Below are positions 32,844 through 47,854 of a stretch of 64,000 nucleotides of DNA, in pieces. Positions within the stretch are counted from its first letter, which is position 1; each line of letters begins with the position of its first letter. The notes under the pieces are model-generated. The model worked only from the letters and a program-made list of their open reading frames with translations. It was not told where the DNA came from and did no database searches. This DNA comes from the human T2T-CHM13v2.0 reference genome, Homo sapiens: the NCBI RefSeq assembly GCF_009914755.1, contig NC_060948.1. The stretch is one strand, 5' to 3'. The translations under genes and the position numbers were made by a program.

Positions 32844-32929
32844 GGGACGCGCTGGGCAAGGGGAAGTTGTTAGAAGCCCTGAGTCCCACACATGAGGGTC
32901 CTGACAACTTTTCTTCGTGATTCCGTATT

Positions 32930-33290
32930 TTAAAAGTAAATCTCCTTTCTGGGAACTTTTAATACCATTTTGGTTACGCGTCTAATCCACCTGCTCCTTA
33001 ACCAGAAATGGTAATCACGTGGAAATCACTGCCAAACTATGATGTCCAATTAAAATTCAGGTTATTTTGTGGGAGGCAAACGCACCCCCCAGCCTCTCTC
33101 TTTTTAAACCGTCATCTTACAAATCCTCTGATAGAAAGTTCGGGCTGTTTTGAGGGAGAGCTCGTCATCAAGAGCCATCTGGCTTCCTCAGTCATGACAG
33201 ATTAAAATAGGATACAGTATGAAAGCTTTGCCACCCCTCCAGGGGCGAAAGAAGTCACTGGGGGAAAGAGGTAATTAAAAGATCCCCTTG
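32930..33290. promoter_or_regulatory. Unique TAAT-rich island, candidate enhancer
   Basis: ctaatcc, gtaatcacgtg, caattaaaatt, agattaaaa and gtaattaaaa motifs. Confidence 0.35.
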
Positions 33291-33747
33291 CAGAGACGGG
33301 CTCTGAGAGGGACCCTGGCACTCACCAACGGCAAAAAACTCATTTTCCAGAAGAGAGCAGGCCCCGGCCGGCCGGACATCGATGGCCTCGGAGCCACTCT
33401 GTCTCCTTTGGGGATGAAGGTGGGCTGGCTCTCGTAACCCCTTAGCTTTGTCTGGCCAGCACCCTTGGCTTTGTCTGGCCAGCACCCTTCTCTCCGTCTG
33501 GCCAGCACCCTTCTCTCCTCCTGTCCATGGCCATCAAGCGGCCAGGACTTGATAGCCGTGGAAATTGCACCTGATGAAATGGACGTAATGAGTGTCATGA
33601 AGAAACAGGATTGTTTCTCCCCAAAACAGGAGGTCGCAAGGATGTCTCGATTTTCAAAGCCTGCAAGGAAAAAAGGTGACATTCCCCGTCGTGGGACATC
33701 CCCTCGCAAGGAGCCGACTCATGATTCCCACCTAGATAGTAAATACC

Positions 33748-34102
<355 letters not shown>

Positions 34103-34454
34103 TTACCGCTCCGTAACTGACACGAACGATGCCGGAGAGCTGGGAGCTGGGAGCTGGGTGCCCAGCCTTGGAGGCGTGCTCCAAACCACACCTCCCTTTT
34201 GAGCTTGGCTGGTATGTAAACGATTGGAAGGATAGTTAATCAAGCAATTCCTCCATCTCACCTAAGTGAACCCAGAGATATTTATTTTCTCTCTCTATAA
34301 AGGTGTTCACTCCCCAACTGTTTTTTTTTCTTAAAATGCAGATGGGATCTTGCTACGTGGCACAGGCTGGTCTCAAACTCCTGGGCTTAAGAGATCATCT
34401 CACCTTGGCCTCCCAAGTAGCTGGAACTGCAGGGGCACGCCACCACACCTGGCT

Positions 34455-34930
34455 AATATGTATATATTTTATATATTACATACATATTATATATGACACA
34501 TATTATATATACTACAGATATATATGTTATATTACATACATAATATACCATATACATTATATTGCATATATAATATACATTATACTACACATAATATGTA
34601 ATATATTACATATATAAAATATAAAATATATAATGTACACATACATAACTTACATATCACATATATAACACATATATAACACATATATAATATGCAATAT
34701 AATATACATGTAATATCTAATATATGTAATATATGCAATAATTATATACATGTAATATATGCAATATATATTTTCATATTATATTTTTATATATAAACCT
34801 ATATTTATAATATATATAAACCTATATTTATATATAATATATAAACCTATATTTATATTAATATATAAACATATTTATATATATTTTTATATTATATATA
34901 AACCTACAAATATATATTTATATATATATA
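34455..34930. repeat. AT-rich (TA/CA) low complexity
   Basis: atat-rich tract. Confidence 0.88.
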
Positions 34931-35721
<791 letters not shown>

Positions 35722-36049
35722 TGAGCTGCTGTCTGGGGCTGTCAAAGCCACGTTGCTCACCTGACCAGGTAAGTCTTGGCTTGGACTGTTTCCCAGGACA
35801 AATAACAGGTGTTTTCTCCCATTCCCTGCCCTGAGACATGGGAGTGTCTTTGCTGGAATTATAGCAACTGTGAGCCTCTTCCTGGCCGTCCTGTCGCCTT
35901 GGAGTCTTAAGGGAAGGCGCACACGTTATCACAAAGCATATGCATTTGCCCCTGGGCCCCAGAGGTGCTGGATTATGGGGGTACAGGGAAAAGTCTGTCC
36001 ACACCCCAGTCTTCTGGGATCCATAGGCCAGGGAGAAATCCTCCTTCTG

Positions 36050-36870
36050 TCTCCGAGAGTCTGACAGAGACAGCATGTCATTATCTTAACAGCTGTAAAT
36101 CCCAATTATTTCTGAGGCAGAAAATGCACTCTAAAATATGCATGCTTATTTAAAAAAAGAGAAAGAAAAAAAAAACCCTCAAAGATTGCAGTCGTGTTGC
36201 TATAATTTAGAGCCCTAAACCTCAGAACCTCCGGATGAGTCTTCGGCTTGATATTGTGAGACCGGCTCTTTCAATCTTGGAGGGATATCTCAGCAAATGC
36301 TCCTCTTCCCGTTCTCTGCAAGTGGGGGGAAACCGCGGCTGACCCACGGGGTGACACGCAGCTGAATCATTCCAAAGGGAACCGGGGGCCGGATTGATCT
36401 GCGTTGGTCGCTAACGAAGGCTCGTAGGCAAAGCTCAGCGAAGTGGGCTCGGCGGACACAGGGTGGGCTCGGGGCCCCGGGGCCGGGCCTGCTGGTGGAG
36501 GCTGGGGATGTCTTTTTGATTTTGTCGTTAGGAAGCCGTACCGTAGTCTCTCCGAGGCGTTGGGTGAAATTCACAGATTTCATCTTCCGTGAACTGTGGC
36601 TCACTTTTTGATATATATATATATATTTTTTCCCCGATTGCTTGATGTCACCCTGTGCTTTTTCCATAAGACAAATGCAAATGAGCCAGGCATTCTAACG
36701 AGGCGAGCCCTCGGAGGTGACCTCTTTCTGGGGAAGCTCCGGTCTGCAAAACCACGATGAGAGAGGAAAACGTTTTTTTTTTTTTGCAGAGAAAACTCAG
36801 GCCTGCTGTTTAATCAGGGCCTTTGCTGCGGCCGCTGCTCCTGCAGACACAGAGGCGTTAATGAGGCAAG
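36050..36870. promoter_or_regulatory. Unique CpG-rich island, candidate regulatory element
   Basis: High CpG density at ~36200-36570; caattatt, atgcaaat (octamer, ~36615) and gttaatga motifs. Confidence 0.35.
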
Positions 36871-36936
36871 ACTAGTCCCCATGTCCCCACGTTGGAGGCC
36901 TGGGATGAGGATCCCTTCTCTGTCCCCCATGTCTGC

Positions 36937-38761
36937 ATCCCAGGACGCAGGTGGATCCGAGTCTGCTGCATAGACGGCCATTAGGTCCCAGGATGGAGCT
37001 GGATTCGAGCCTGCTGTGTAGACGGCCATTAGGTCCCAGTCCCAGGATGGAGCTGGATTCAAGCCTGCTATGTAGATGGCTATTAGGTCCCAGGATGCAG
37101 GTGGATCTGAGTCTGCTGCATAGAAGGCCATTAGGTCCCAGGATGGAGCTGGATTCGAGCCTGCTGTGTAGACAGCCATTAGGTCCCGGGATGCAGCTAC
37201 ATCTGAGCCTGCTGCATAGATGGCCATTAGGTCCTGGGATGGAGCTGCATTGGACCCTGCTGTGTAGACAGCCATTAGGTCCCAGGATGCAGCTACATCT
37301 GAGCCTGCTGCATAGATGGCCATTAGGTCCTGGGATGGAGCTGCATTGGACCCTGCTGTGTAGACAGCCATTAGGTCCCAGGATGCAGCTACATCTGAGC
37401 CTGCTGCATAGATGGCCATTAGGTCCTGGGACGGAGCTGCATTGGACCCTGCTGTGTAGAGAGCCATTAGGTCCTGGGATGTAGCTGCATCCGAGTCTGC
37501 TGTGTAGACGGCCATTAGGTCCCAGTCCCAGGATGGAGCTGGAGTTGAGCCTGCTATGTAGATGGCTATTAGGTCCCAGGACGCAGGTGGATCCGAGTCT
37601 GCTGCATAGATGGCCATTAGGTCCCAGGATGGAGCTGGATTCGAGCCTGCTGTGTAGACGGCCATTAGGTCCCAGTCCCAGGATGGAGCTGGAGTGGAGC
37701 CTGCTATGTAGATGGCTATTAGGTCCCAGGACGCAGGTGGATCCGAGTCTGCTGCATAGATGGCCATTAGGTCCCAGGATGGAGCTGGATTCGAGCCTGC
37801 TATGTAGATGGCTATTAGGTCTCGGGATGCAGCTACATCTGAGCCTGCTGCATAGATGGCCATTAAGTCCTGGGACGGAGCTGCATTGGACCCTGCTGTG
37901 TAGACAGCCATTAGGTCCTGGGATGCAGCTGCATCTGAGCCTGCTGCATAGATGGCCATTAGGTCCTGGGACAGAGCTGCATTGGACCCTGCTGTGTAGA
38001 CAGCCATTAGGTCCCAGGATGTAGCTGCATCCGAGTCTGCTGCATAGATGGCCATTAGGTCCCAGTCCCAGGATGGAGCTGGATTCGAGCCTGCTGTGTA
38101 GACGGCCATTAGGTCCCAGTCCCAGGATGGAGCTGGAGTCGAGCCTGCTGTGTAGACGGCCATTAGGTCCCAGTCCCAGGATGGAGCTGGATTCGAGCCT
38201 GCTATGTAGATGGCTATTAGGTCCCGGGATGCAGCTACATCTGAGCCTGCTGCATAGACGGCCATTAAGTCCTGGGACAGAGCTGCATTGGACCCTGCTG
38301 TGTAGACAGCCATTAGGTCCCAGGATGTAGCTGCATCCGAGTCTGCTGCATAGATGGCCATTAGGTCCCAGTCCCAGGATGGAGCTGGATTCGAGCCTGC
38401 TGTGTAGACGGCCATTAGGTCCCAGTCCCAGGATGGAGGTGGAGTCGAGCCTGCTGTGTAGACGGCCATTAGGTCCCAGTCCCAGGATGGAGCTGGATTC
38501 GAGCCTGCTATGTAGATGGCTATTAGGTCCCGGGATGCAGCTACATCTGAGCCTGCTGCATAGACGGCCATTAAGTCCTGGGACGGAGCTGCATTGGACC
38601 CTGCTGTGTAGACAGCTATTAGGTCCCGGGATGCAGCTACATCTGAGCCTGCTGCATGGACGGCCATTAGGTCCTGGGACGGAGCTGCATTGGACCCTGC
38701 TGTGTAGACAGCCATTAGGTCCCGGGATGTAGCTGCATCCGAGCCTGCTGTGTAGACAGCC
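36937..38761. repeat. 48/54-bp VNTR, array 1, about 37 copies
   Basis: (taggtcccaggatggagctggattcgagcctgctgtgtagacggccat)n; the 54-bp variant adds gtccca. Confidence 0.96.
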
Positions 38762-40088
38762 AAAATAAATAACAAAACTGTGTTGGCAGGCGGTGAGCGA
38801 CAGACGAACCACTGGGCTCTCATCCCGGCCGGCCCTTTGAGTTGTTTAAGTTCCTCTTGTACTTGAATTGTTTCCCCAGAACGAGGTGGATCAAAGTGTC
38901 ATACAGTAACAGCCCAGACAGACGATAGGTATGGCAGAAAAGAAAAAAACTAAAAAAAAAAAAAAAAAAATCGCATGGGAAGTTTCCCCGCCTCCTCTTT
39001 GGCCATTCTGTGCCCGGAGATCAAAGTTCTCATTTCAGCTCTAATTAAGAAAAACTAACACAGAGCCAAGGCCTTCTGGCTCCGAAGAGGGCCTTTGGTG
39101 GATCACTGCTGAAATCTTCCCGAGATTTAAATAATTAATATGACACCTTGAGCTCTGCACGGAGAAATTAAAAAAAAAAAAAACAAAAAAGGGAAAGGGA
39201 AAGGGGAGGAAGGGGGCCCCGTGTCGGAGCGGGGAACAATGGGATTGAGGATATGGCAGAGCATTTGTACCCCTGGATGCGTGCAGCCCTCCTTTGTCAT
39301 GCTAAAGGGGAACCTTTATTTTCTGTGGTCACCCCGGGTGCTCAGAGCCTCTAGGAGGATCCTTTCGGAAAGCAAGTCTGCTGTGGGGAGTTGGAGGACG
39401 CTCATTTAATGCTTTTTAATCCTGTTAATCCCAGGCAGAATGGCCATCCCCAGCGCAAATCCGGTCCCCAAAGCCCTCCCCGGCTTGCCAGAGCCAGGCT
39501 CCCTCCCAGACGCTCCCGGGAAGCATCTCTTCTGCGAGCCGGCCTGTCTCTGTGCTGTGTTCCCGGAGCCATCTGAGCCAGCACAGGCGACGAGAAATTA
39601 AAATCAGGCCTGGCATTGTGCTACGTCTCTGTGCTGGGTTCCCGGAGCCATCGTGAGCCAGCAGAGGCGACAAGCAATTAAAATCAGCTGCAAATCCTAC
39701 GGCCGGAGCGTCCGGGGAGTGCAGGACGGGACCAGCCAGGCCTCGAACCCCCGTCCCTCTCGATGGGGTCGAGTCTGAAGATTCCTCCTCCTGCCCAGGA
39801 CTGTTCAGATCCTCGGTGGAGTGTGGACACGGATTAGTCGTCCACTGCTGCAGACGAGATCAGAGCCAAGCCTCGGTATTCAGTTCGTTACAACTTCATA
39901 AAGCCAGGTCGCTCCCCCTCTGCCTCTGTACGCAGGAAGAAAATCGATCGGTCTAATTTCATAGCTCAGCATAAAACTCGACGGAACCTTTGCAAAGGCA
40001 ATGATAAAAAAGATCCCGGAAAAAGCCGACAGTCTCCACGGCATGACGGCGCGGCCGCAGCTGAATAAACTCGGGGTGGGCGGCCAAC
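38762..40088. promoter_or_regulatory. Unique homeobox-motif-rich island; candidate SHOX upstream conserved element
   Basis: ctaattaag, tttaaataattaatatgaca, catttaatg, ttaatcc x2, aattaaaatcag x2; identity with a SHOX CNE is inferred from the presumed location only. Confidence 0.4.
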
Positions 40089-41059
40089 CCTGCTGCATAG
40101 ACGGCCATCAGGTCCCAGGATGGAGCTGGATTCGAGCCTGCTGTGTAGACACCCATTAGGTCCTGGGACGGAGCTGGATTCGAGTCTGCTGCATAGACGG
40201 CCATTAGGTCCCGGGACGGAGCTGGATTCGAGCCTGCTGTGTAGACAGCCATTAGGTCCTGGGATGGAGTTGGATTCGAGCCTGCTGTGTAGACAGCCAT
40301 TAGGTCCTGGGACAGAGCTGGATTCGAGTCTGCTGCATAGACGGCCATTATGTCCCGGGATGGAGCTGGATTCGAGCCTGCTGTGTAGACAGCCATTAGG
40401 TCCCGGGACAGAGCTGGATTCGAGTCTGCTGCATAGATGGCCATTAGGTCCCGGGATGGAGCTGGATTCGAGCCTGCTGTGTAGACAGCCATTAGGTCCT
40501 GGGATGGAGTTGGATTCGAGCCTGCTGTGTAGACAGCCATTAGGTCCCGGGACGGAGCTGGATTTGAGTCTGCTGCATAGATGGCCATGAGGTCCCAGGA
40601 CGGAGCTGGATTCGAGCCTGCTGTGTAGACATCCATTAGGTCCTGAGACGGAGCTGGATTCAAGTCTGCTGCATAGACGGCCATTAGGTCCCGGGACGCA
40701 GGTGGATCCAAGTCTGCTGCATAGATGGCCATTAGGTCCCAGGATGGAGCTGGATTTGAGTCTGCTGCGTAGATGACCATTAGGTCCTAGTCCCAGGATG
40801 GAGCTGCATAGGAGCCTGCTGTGTAGACAGCCATTAGGTCCCAGTCCCAGGATGGAGCTGGAGTCGAGCCTGCTGTGTAGACAGCCATTAGGTCCCAGTC
40901 CCAGGATGGAGCTGGAGTCAAGCCTGCTGTGTAGACGGCCATTAGGTCCCAGGATGCAGGTACATCCTAGTCTGCTGCATAGACGGCCATTAGGTCCCAG
41001 TCCCAGGATGGAGCTGCATAGGAGCCTGCTGTGTAGACAGCCATTAGGTCCCAGTCCCA
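40089..41059. repeat. 48/54-bp VNTR, array 2, about 20 copies
   Basis: Same unit and orientation as 36937-38761. Confidence 0.96.
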
Positions 41060-42350
41060 ACACACACAAACCACAGTAAACACATACACTATGCACAACA
41101 CAGATGCCACACCACACACACACAACACATAAAATACACAGTACACACAAAACACATACTGCACACAACACACAGAATACACACTACACACAGCACACAC
41201 AAACCACACTAAACACATATGCTATGCACAACAAAGATGCCACACAACACACACACATAGAACACACAAAATATACACAACACACACAAACCACACTAAA
41301 CACATATGCACAACACAGATGCCACAGAACACACACACATAAAACACGCAAATACATACTATACACAACACAGCACAAACCACACACTGCACACACAAAT
41401 GCACACTACACACAAACCACACAAACCACACTAAACACACACACTCTGCACAGTACAAACACCACACTAAATACACATATACACAAAATACATATGACAC
41501 ACAAAATACATAGAAAAACACAGACTGGCCTCACAAACCACACACACTATGCACAACACAGATGCCACACCACACACACACATATAACACACAAAATACA
41601 CACTACACACAGCACACACAAACCACACTAAACACATATGCACAACACAGATGCCACACAACACGCACACACCCAACACACAAAATACACACTACACACA
41701 ACACACACAAACCACAGTAAACACACACTATGCACAATACAGATACCAGACAACAGACACTTACAACACACAAAATACACACTACACACAACACACACAA
41801 ACCACAGTAAACACATACACTGTGCACAACAGATGCCACACAACACACACACATACAACACACAAAATACACACAAACCACACTAAACACATATTCTGTG
41901 CGCAAAACAGATGCCACATAAAACACACACATGCAACACACAAAATACCTACTACATATACACAACACTAAACACAGACGTTATGCACAACACAGATGCC
42001 ACACAATACACACACAAAACACACAAATACATACTACACACAACACAAACCACACTAAACACACACTGCACCCACAAAATACACATTGCACACAACACAT
42101 GCAAACCACACTAAACACACACTATGCACAATACAGATACCAGACACCACACACTTACAACACAGAAAATACACACTACACACAACACACACAAACCACA
42201 CTAAACACATACACTCTGCACAGGACAGACGTCACACTGAATACACACACATAACACATAATCTACAATTACACGCAACAGACGCAGACGTCGCTAAACA
42301 CACACACTCTGCACAGGACAGACACCACACTAAACACGCACACACACACA
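41060..42350. repeat. CA-rich degenerate repeat
   Basis: Recurrent acacacaaaccacactaaacac and tatgcacaacacagatgccacac. Confidence 0.9.
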
Positions 42351-43163
42351 AATGTGGTAGGTCACCCCCACATCATGAGCCCCAAGAGCCAGTTGATTTC
42401 TGCCTCAACAACGGTTGATTTGAAGGAACTTACGATGAATTAAGATGTGGACATCTGGCCGGGCGCGGTGGCTCACGCCTGTAATCCCAGCACTTTGGGA
42501 GGCCGAGGCGCGTGGTGGTCAGGAGGGTTGGATCCTCATGAATGGGATTCATCCCTTATAAAAGAGACTTCAGGCCGGACGAAGGGGCGCCCACCACGAA
42601 GCCCGGCTAATTTTTTGTATTTTTGGTACAGACGGGGTTTCACCGTGTTGGCCAGGATGGTCTCGATCTCTTGACCTCGTGATCCGCCCTCCTTGGCCTC
42701 CCAAAGCGCTGGGATTACAGGCGTGAGCTACCACACCCAGCTTCTCAATTTTTTAAAACTGAGATTAAGTTTGCATGGCACGCAAGCAATCCTTTCAAAA
42801 GTGAACAGTTCAGGGACGTGTGTGTGCATTTACAATGTTGCTGTACATTTACAATGAGAGGGATTGGGGGTGTGTCTGTTTCATAGGGTTCCTTCTGGGG
42901 GAGCAAAATATTCTAGGAATAGAATTTTCCAGAAGGAAACCTATCAAACAGTCACAGCCCCAATCCCTCTCTCTCAGCCCCTGGCAGTCACAAAGCTCCT
43001 TTCTGTCTCAACGAATTTGTCTGTTCTGCGTTTATTTTTTAATAGACTTGCTTATACATAGAAAAGAATTTCAAAGTTTGGCCACTGCTGTGCTTGCTGC
43101 TGGTGGCTATGGGGTCTTGATACTTCTTAGGATATCCCCCTAGGATAACATCAGGGTTCCTGA

Positions 43164-43783
<620 letters not shown>

Positions 43784-44379
43784 CTGATTTATTTTCTTTA
43801 AACAAAGCCCAGGGGCCACCGTGAGATTATGTCACCTCTCTGTGGTGTTTTTCCCCTTTTTATCCAATATATTGCATTCTGAGACACATTTCTAATGTAC
43901 AGAAAGAGATGTTCATGCTTCTTGCACTTTTTTTTCAGAAGTTAACGCTAAATCTATGTGTCTTGGCCTCTTAAAAACAAAACAAAACCAAAAAAACAAA
44001 CCTACACTTCCATAGTTGAAAAACTGGACTGGTTTTGGGTGCTACCACACACGTCTCACAACAAACACAGTTGAGAATCAAGCGACTGTTTCAATAGCTC
44101 ATAAATGGTGGTGAGAAAAGCCTGTTTGTAACCACTTCAGCATTTGAAATTAAACTCATCATTTAAGGATTTCTAAAGGTAATCATTTGGTCAACAACAG
44201 CAAAAAGTATTCCCTTTCTTCCCTGCCTCCCTCCTTCCTGTCCTTCCCTCCTTCCTTCCTTCCCTCCTTCCTTCCTTCATTTCTTTCTTTTCTTCTTTCT
44301 CTCTTTCTTTCTTTTTCTTTCCCACAGGGAAAGGGGCGCCGTGAATGTAGCCCATATAGACCTAGAAGAGAGATGATCA

Positions 44380-45570
44380 GCTATCATCTCTCTCTCTTTC
44401 TCTATCTATTAATCTATCTATATATCTTACCTATCGATGTATCTATTATATCTATGTATCTATATCTATTTATGTATTCTATGTATCTATTTTATCTATG
44501 TATCTATATCTATTGTATGTATCTATTATATCTATGTATCTATATCTATTTATGTATTCTATGTATCTATTTTATCTATGTATCTATATCTATTGTATGT
44601 ATCTATTATATCTATGTATCTATATCTATTTATGTATTCTATGTATCTATTTTATCTATGTATCTATATCTATTTATTCTATGTATCTATTATATCTATG
44701 TATGTATATCTATTTATGTATTCTATGTATCTATTTATCTATATCTATTCTATGTATCTATTATATCTATGTATCCATATCTATTTAATGTATTCTATGT
44801 ATCTATTTTATCTATTTATCTATATCTATTGTATGTATCTATTATATCTATGTATCTATATCTATTTATGTATTCTATGTATCTATTTTATCTATTTATC
44901 TATATCTATTGTATGTATCTATTATATCTATGTATCTATATCTATTTATGTATTCTATGTATCTATTTTATCTATGTATCTATATCTATTGTATGTATCT
45001 ATTATATCTATGTATCTATATCTATTTATGTATTCTATGTATCTATTTTATCTATGTATCTATATCTATTTATTCTATGTATCTATTATATCTATGTATC
45101 TATATCTATTTATGTATTCTATGTATCTATTTATCTATATCTATTCTATGTATCTATTATATCTATGTATCCATATCTATGTATTCTATGTATCTATTTT
45201 ATCTATTTATCTATATCTATTTATTCTATGTATCTATTATATCTATGTATCTATATCTATTCTATGTATCTATTATATTTATCTATGTATCTATGTATGT
45301 ATGTATCATCTATCTTATCATGTATTTATTATATCTATTATCTATCTTATCTATCATCTATCTATTGCATCTATTATCTATCATCTATTATATCTATTTA
45401 TATCTATCATCTATGTATCTATTATATCTATCATCTATCTTATCTATCATCTATTATATCTATCATCTCTCATCTATGTATCTATGTATTATATCTATCT
45501 ATCATCTATCCATCTATCTATGTATGTATGTATCTGTCTATTATCTATCTATCCATCTATCTATCATCCA
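44380..45570. repeat. TATC/TATG compound repeat with an 80-bp higher-order unit
   Basis: tatatctatttatgtattct at 44461, 44541 and 44621. Confidence 0.92.
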
Positions 45571-46392
45571 ACTGGATTATCAATATCCGTGCTCCCACAC
45601 ATATTTCACTCTCTCTCTCTCTCAACCTTGCCAAAAGCAGGCAGAACGCAGCAGGAAGTGACTCCCTCCCGATCCTTTGCCCCAAGGGGCAGACACCCAC
45701 CCGTAGGAAGCTGCATTCCTGGGGTCTGTGGTCATGTCACCGTTAGCAATGTGGTACCTGGGCTGGACAAGAGAGTCAATTTACGGCTCTTTTGTGCTGA
45801 ATATCAGAAAAGCCGATCATTCAATTATCTCAGCGTTACCTTTCACTGGCATTATTTCATTCCTTGAAATGGCTTTTCATTCCAATTATAGGTTTTCATG
45901 GAGAAATTGTTGGATAATGTAATAATATTTGCCTCTTGCCGTCCTCTGAGGGCGATGATGAATGTTTAATAAGACACCAAAGTTGCAAAACCATTATGCA
46001 CTTCTCAAAAGAGAGATGCCATATAAATGAATAATAAGAATAAATTATGCAACTGTATTGGGTAGAAAAAAAAATCAATTACTCTTCTTCTAGTGGCCAG
46101 TGATCTACTTTATATGCTGGATTTTAGAGTTAATTAATTAAGTTACGTCCTGTATTAAAAAAACAAACGTGTCAGCTTTTTTACAGTTTTTTGCTTTTCC
46201 TGCCCTAATAGCGTGATGGTTCTATGGGGTGAGGTCCCCTACATCCTGATTGAAATGAACGATTTCCCGGTGAAGCTCCGAGTTTCCACTGGAGGGAAAA
46301 TGGTGACTGTCTCAAGAATTAGCCTGGGAGACCCTGAAGAGCTTCAGAATATGCCACCAAAAAAAAAAAAATACATATATATATATTGCAGG

Positions 46393-46693
46393 GGCCAGGT
46401 GGGGTGGCTCATGGCTATAATCCCAGCACTTTGGGAGGCCGAGGCAGGTGGATCAGGAGGTCAGGAGTTCAAGACCAGCCTGGCCAAGATGGTGAAACCC
46501 TGTCTCTACTAAAAATACCAAAAAATTAACCAGGCGTGGTGGCAGGCATCTGTAATCCCAGCTACTCGGGAGGCTGAGGGAGAGGATTGTTTGAACCTGG
46601 GAGGTGGAGGTTGCAGTGAGCCGAGATCACGCCATTGCACTCCAGCCTGGGTGACAGAGCGAGACTCTGTCTCAAAAAAAGAAAAAAAAAAAA
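46393..46693 (+). mobile_element. AluS
   Basis: Full dimer with A-tail. Confidence 0.9.
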
Positions 46694-47004
46694 GCAACAG
46701 CTACGGAGGCTAAAAGGTCCCCTCCTTCTGTGTTTAACTGGGAATGTCGGCAACCTTTACACATGATTTGTTTTCTCTGAGGTTGATTAGGAAATGGAAG
46801 CCACCTCATCCATGGAACTTACTCCAAAACTCTAATACTCAACATAGGAAGAGCTTGGAGCCGATGGTCTGTTGGGAACTAGGTCATTACTCCCCTTGTT
46901 TTCTCTAACCTTATCCAATTTTCCCGGTTATTCCAAGCTCAGAGAAGGAGGGACCTTCGGAAATGATGCTACAACTGAGTGACTTCCCTCTAGTCATAGA
47001 AAAC

Positions 47005-47325
47005 TGTTGTTTTTGTTTTTTGGGTTTTTTTGCAAGACACGGTCTCACTCCGCTGCCCACGCTGGAGCACAGTGGTGCAATCATGGCTCGTTGGAACTTC
47101 GAACTCCTGGGCTCAAGTGATCCTCCCACCTCAGCCTCCAGAGTAGCTGGGACCACAGGTGTGCACCACCATGCCTGGCAATTTTTTTGTTTTATTTATT
47201 TATTTTTTTTAGAGACAGTCTTGCCTTGTTGCTGAAGCTGGTTTTGAACTCCTGACCTCAAGTGATCTGCCTGCCTCAGCCTCCCAAAGTGTTGGGATGA
47301 CAGGCATGAGCCACCACTCGGGCTA
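47005..47325 (-). mobile_element. AluJ
   Basis: atcatggctcg..cctgggctcaagtgatcctccc. Confidence 0.82.
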
Positions 47326-47854
47326 TAAAACCAATTTTGAAAAGAGGTGTTGTGTGAACAACCAGCAGTTGAATTACCTGCCAAAGACAACCTTTTGCTT
47401 CTCTTTACCTAGGGGTGGCCCTGGGGTCCAATCTCAGCCAATGGAACGGAAGGTAAATATACAAGAGGAGGTGTGGCTAGCACGGCCCCTCCACCTCTAC
47501 TCCGCTCCTGTCTCTGAGTGTGGCTGTGATGCCCGGATCAGCAGCAGCCTCCTTGCAACCTTGAGGCCACGTGGTGGTGAACAGAAAGGACCTCGGTTAC
47601 TTGTGGTGTAACTTGAGGCTGCCGTCTTGTGAGTCAGGTGCCTCGTGTTTTATTTTTTACAAGAGTTGTGTTTCTTTCCAAAGATGATTTTGGATTAGAG
47701 AGAAAGAGAGAGAGAGAGAGACAGTAGCGTGTCTGGGTCAGATTTTTACAAAATATCACTACTTAAGATACCAACGTAGAAATGAGCCAGCGTCCAAGTC
47801 CTGTTCATATATTTTGGCCAACTTTCTTTTTTTCAGTTTTTGTTTGTGTGTTTG

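Noticed and set aside
44187-45867. Y/I/L/S-rich 250-519-aa ORFs resembling membrane proteins
   Set aside because: Translation of a TATC repeat.
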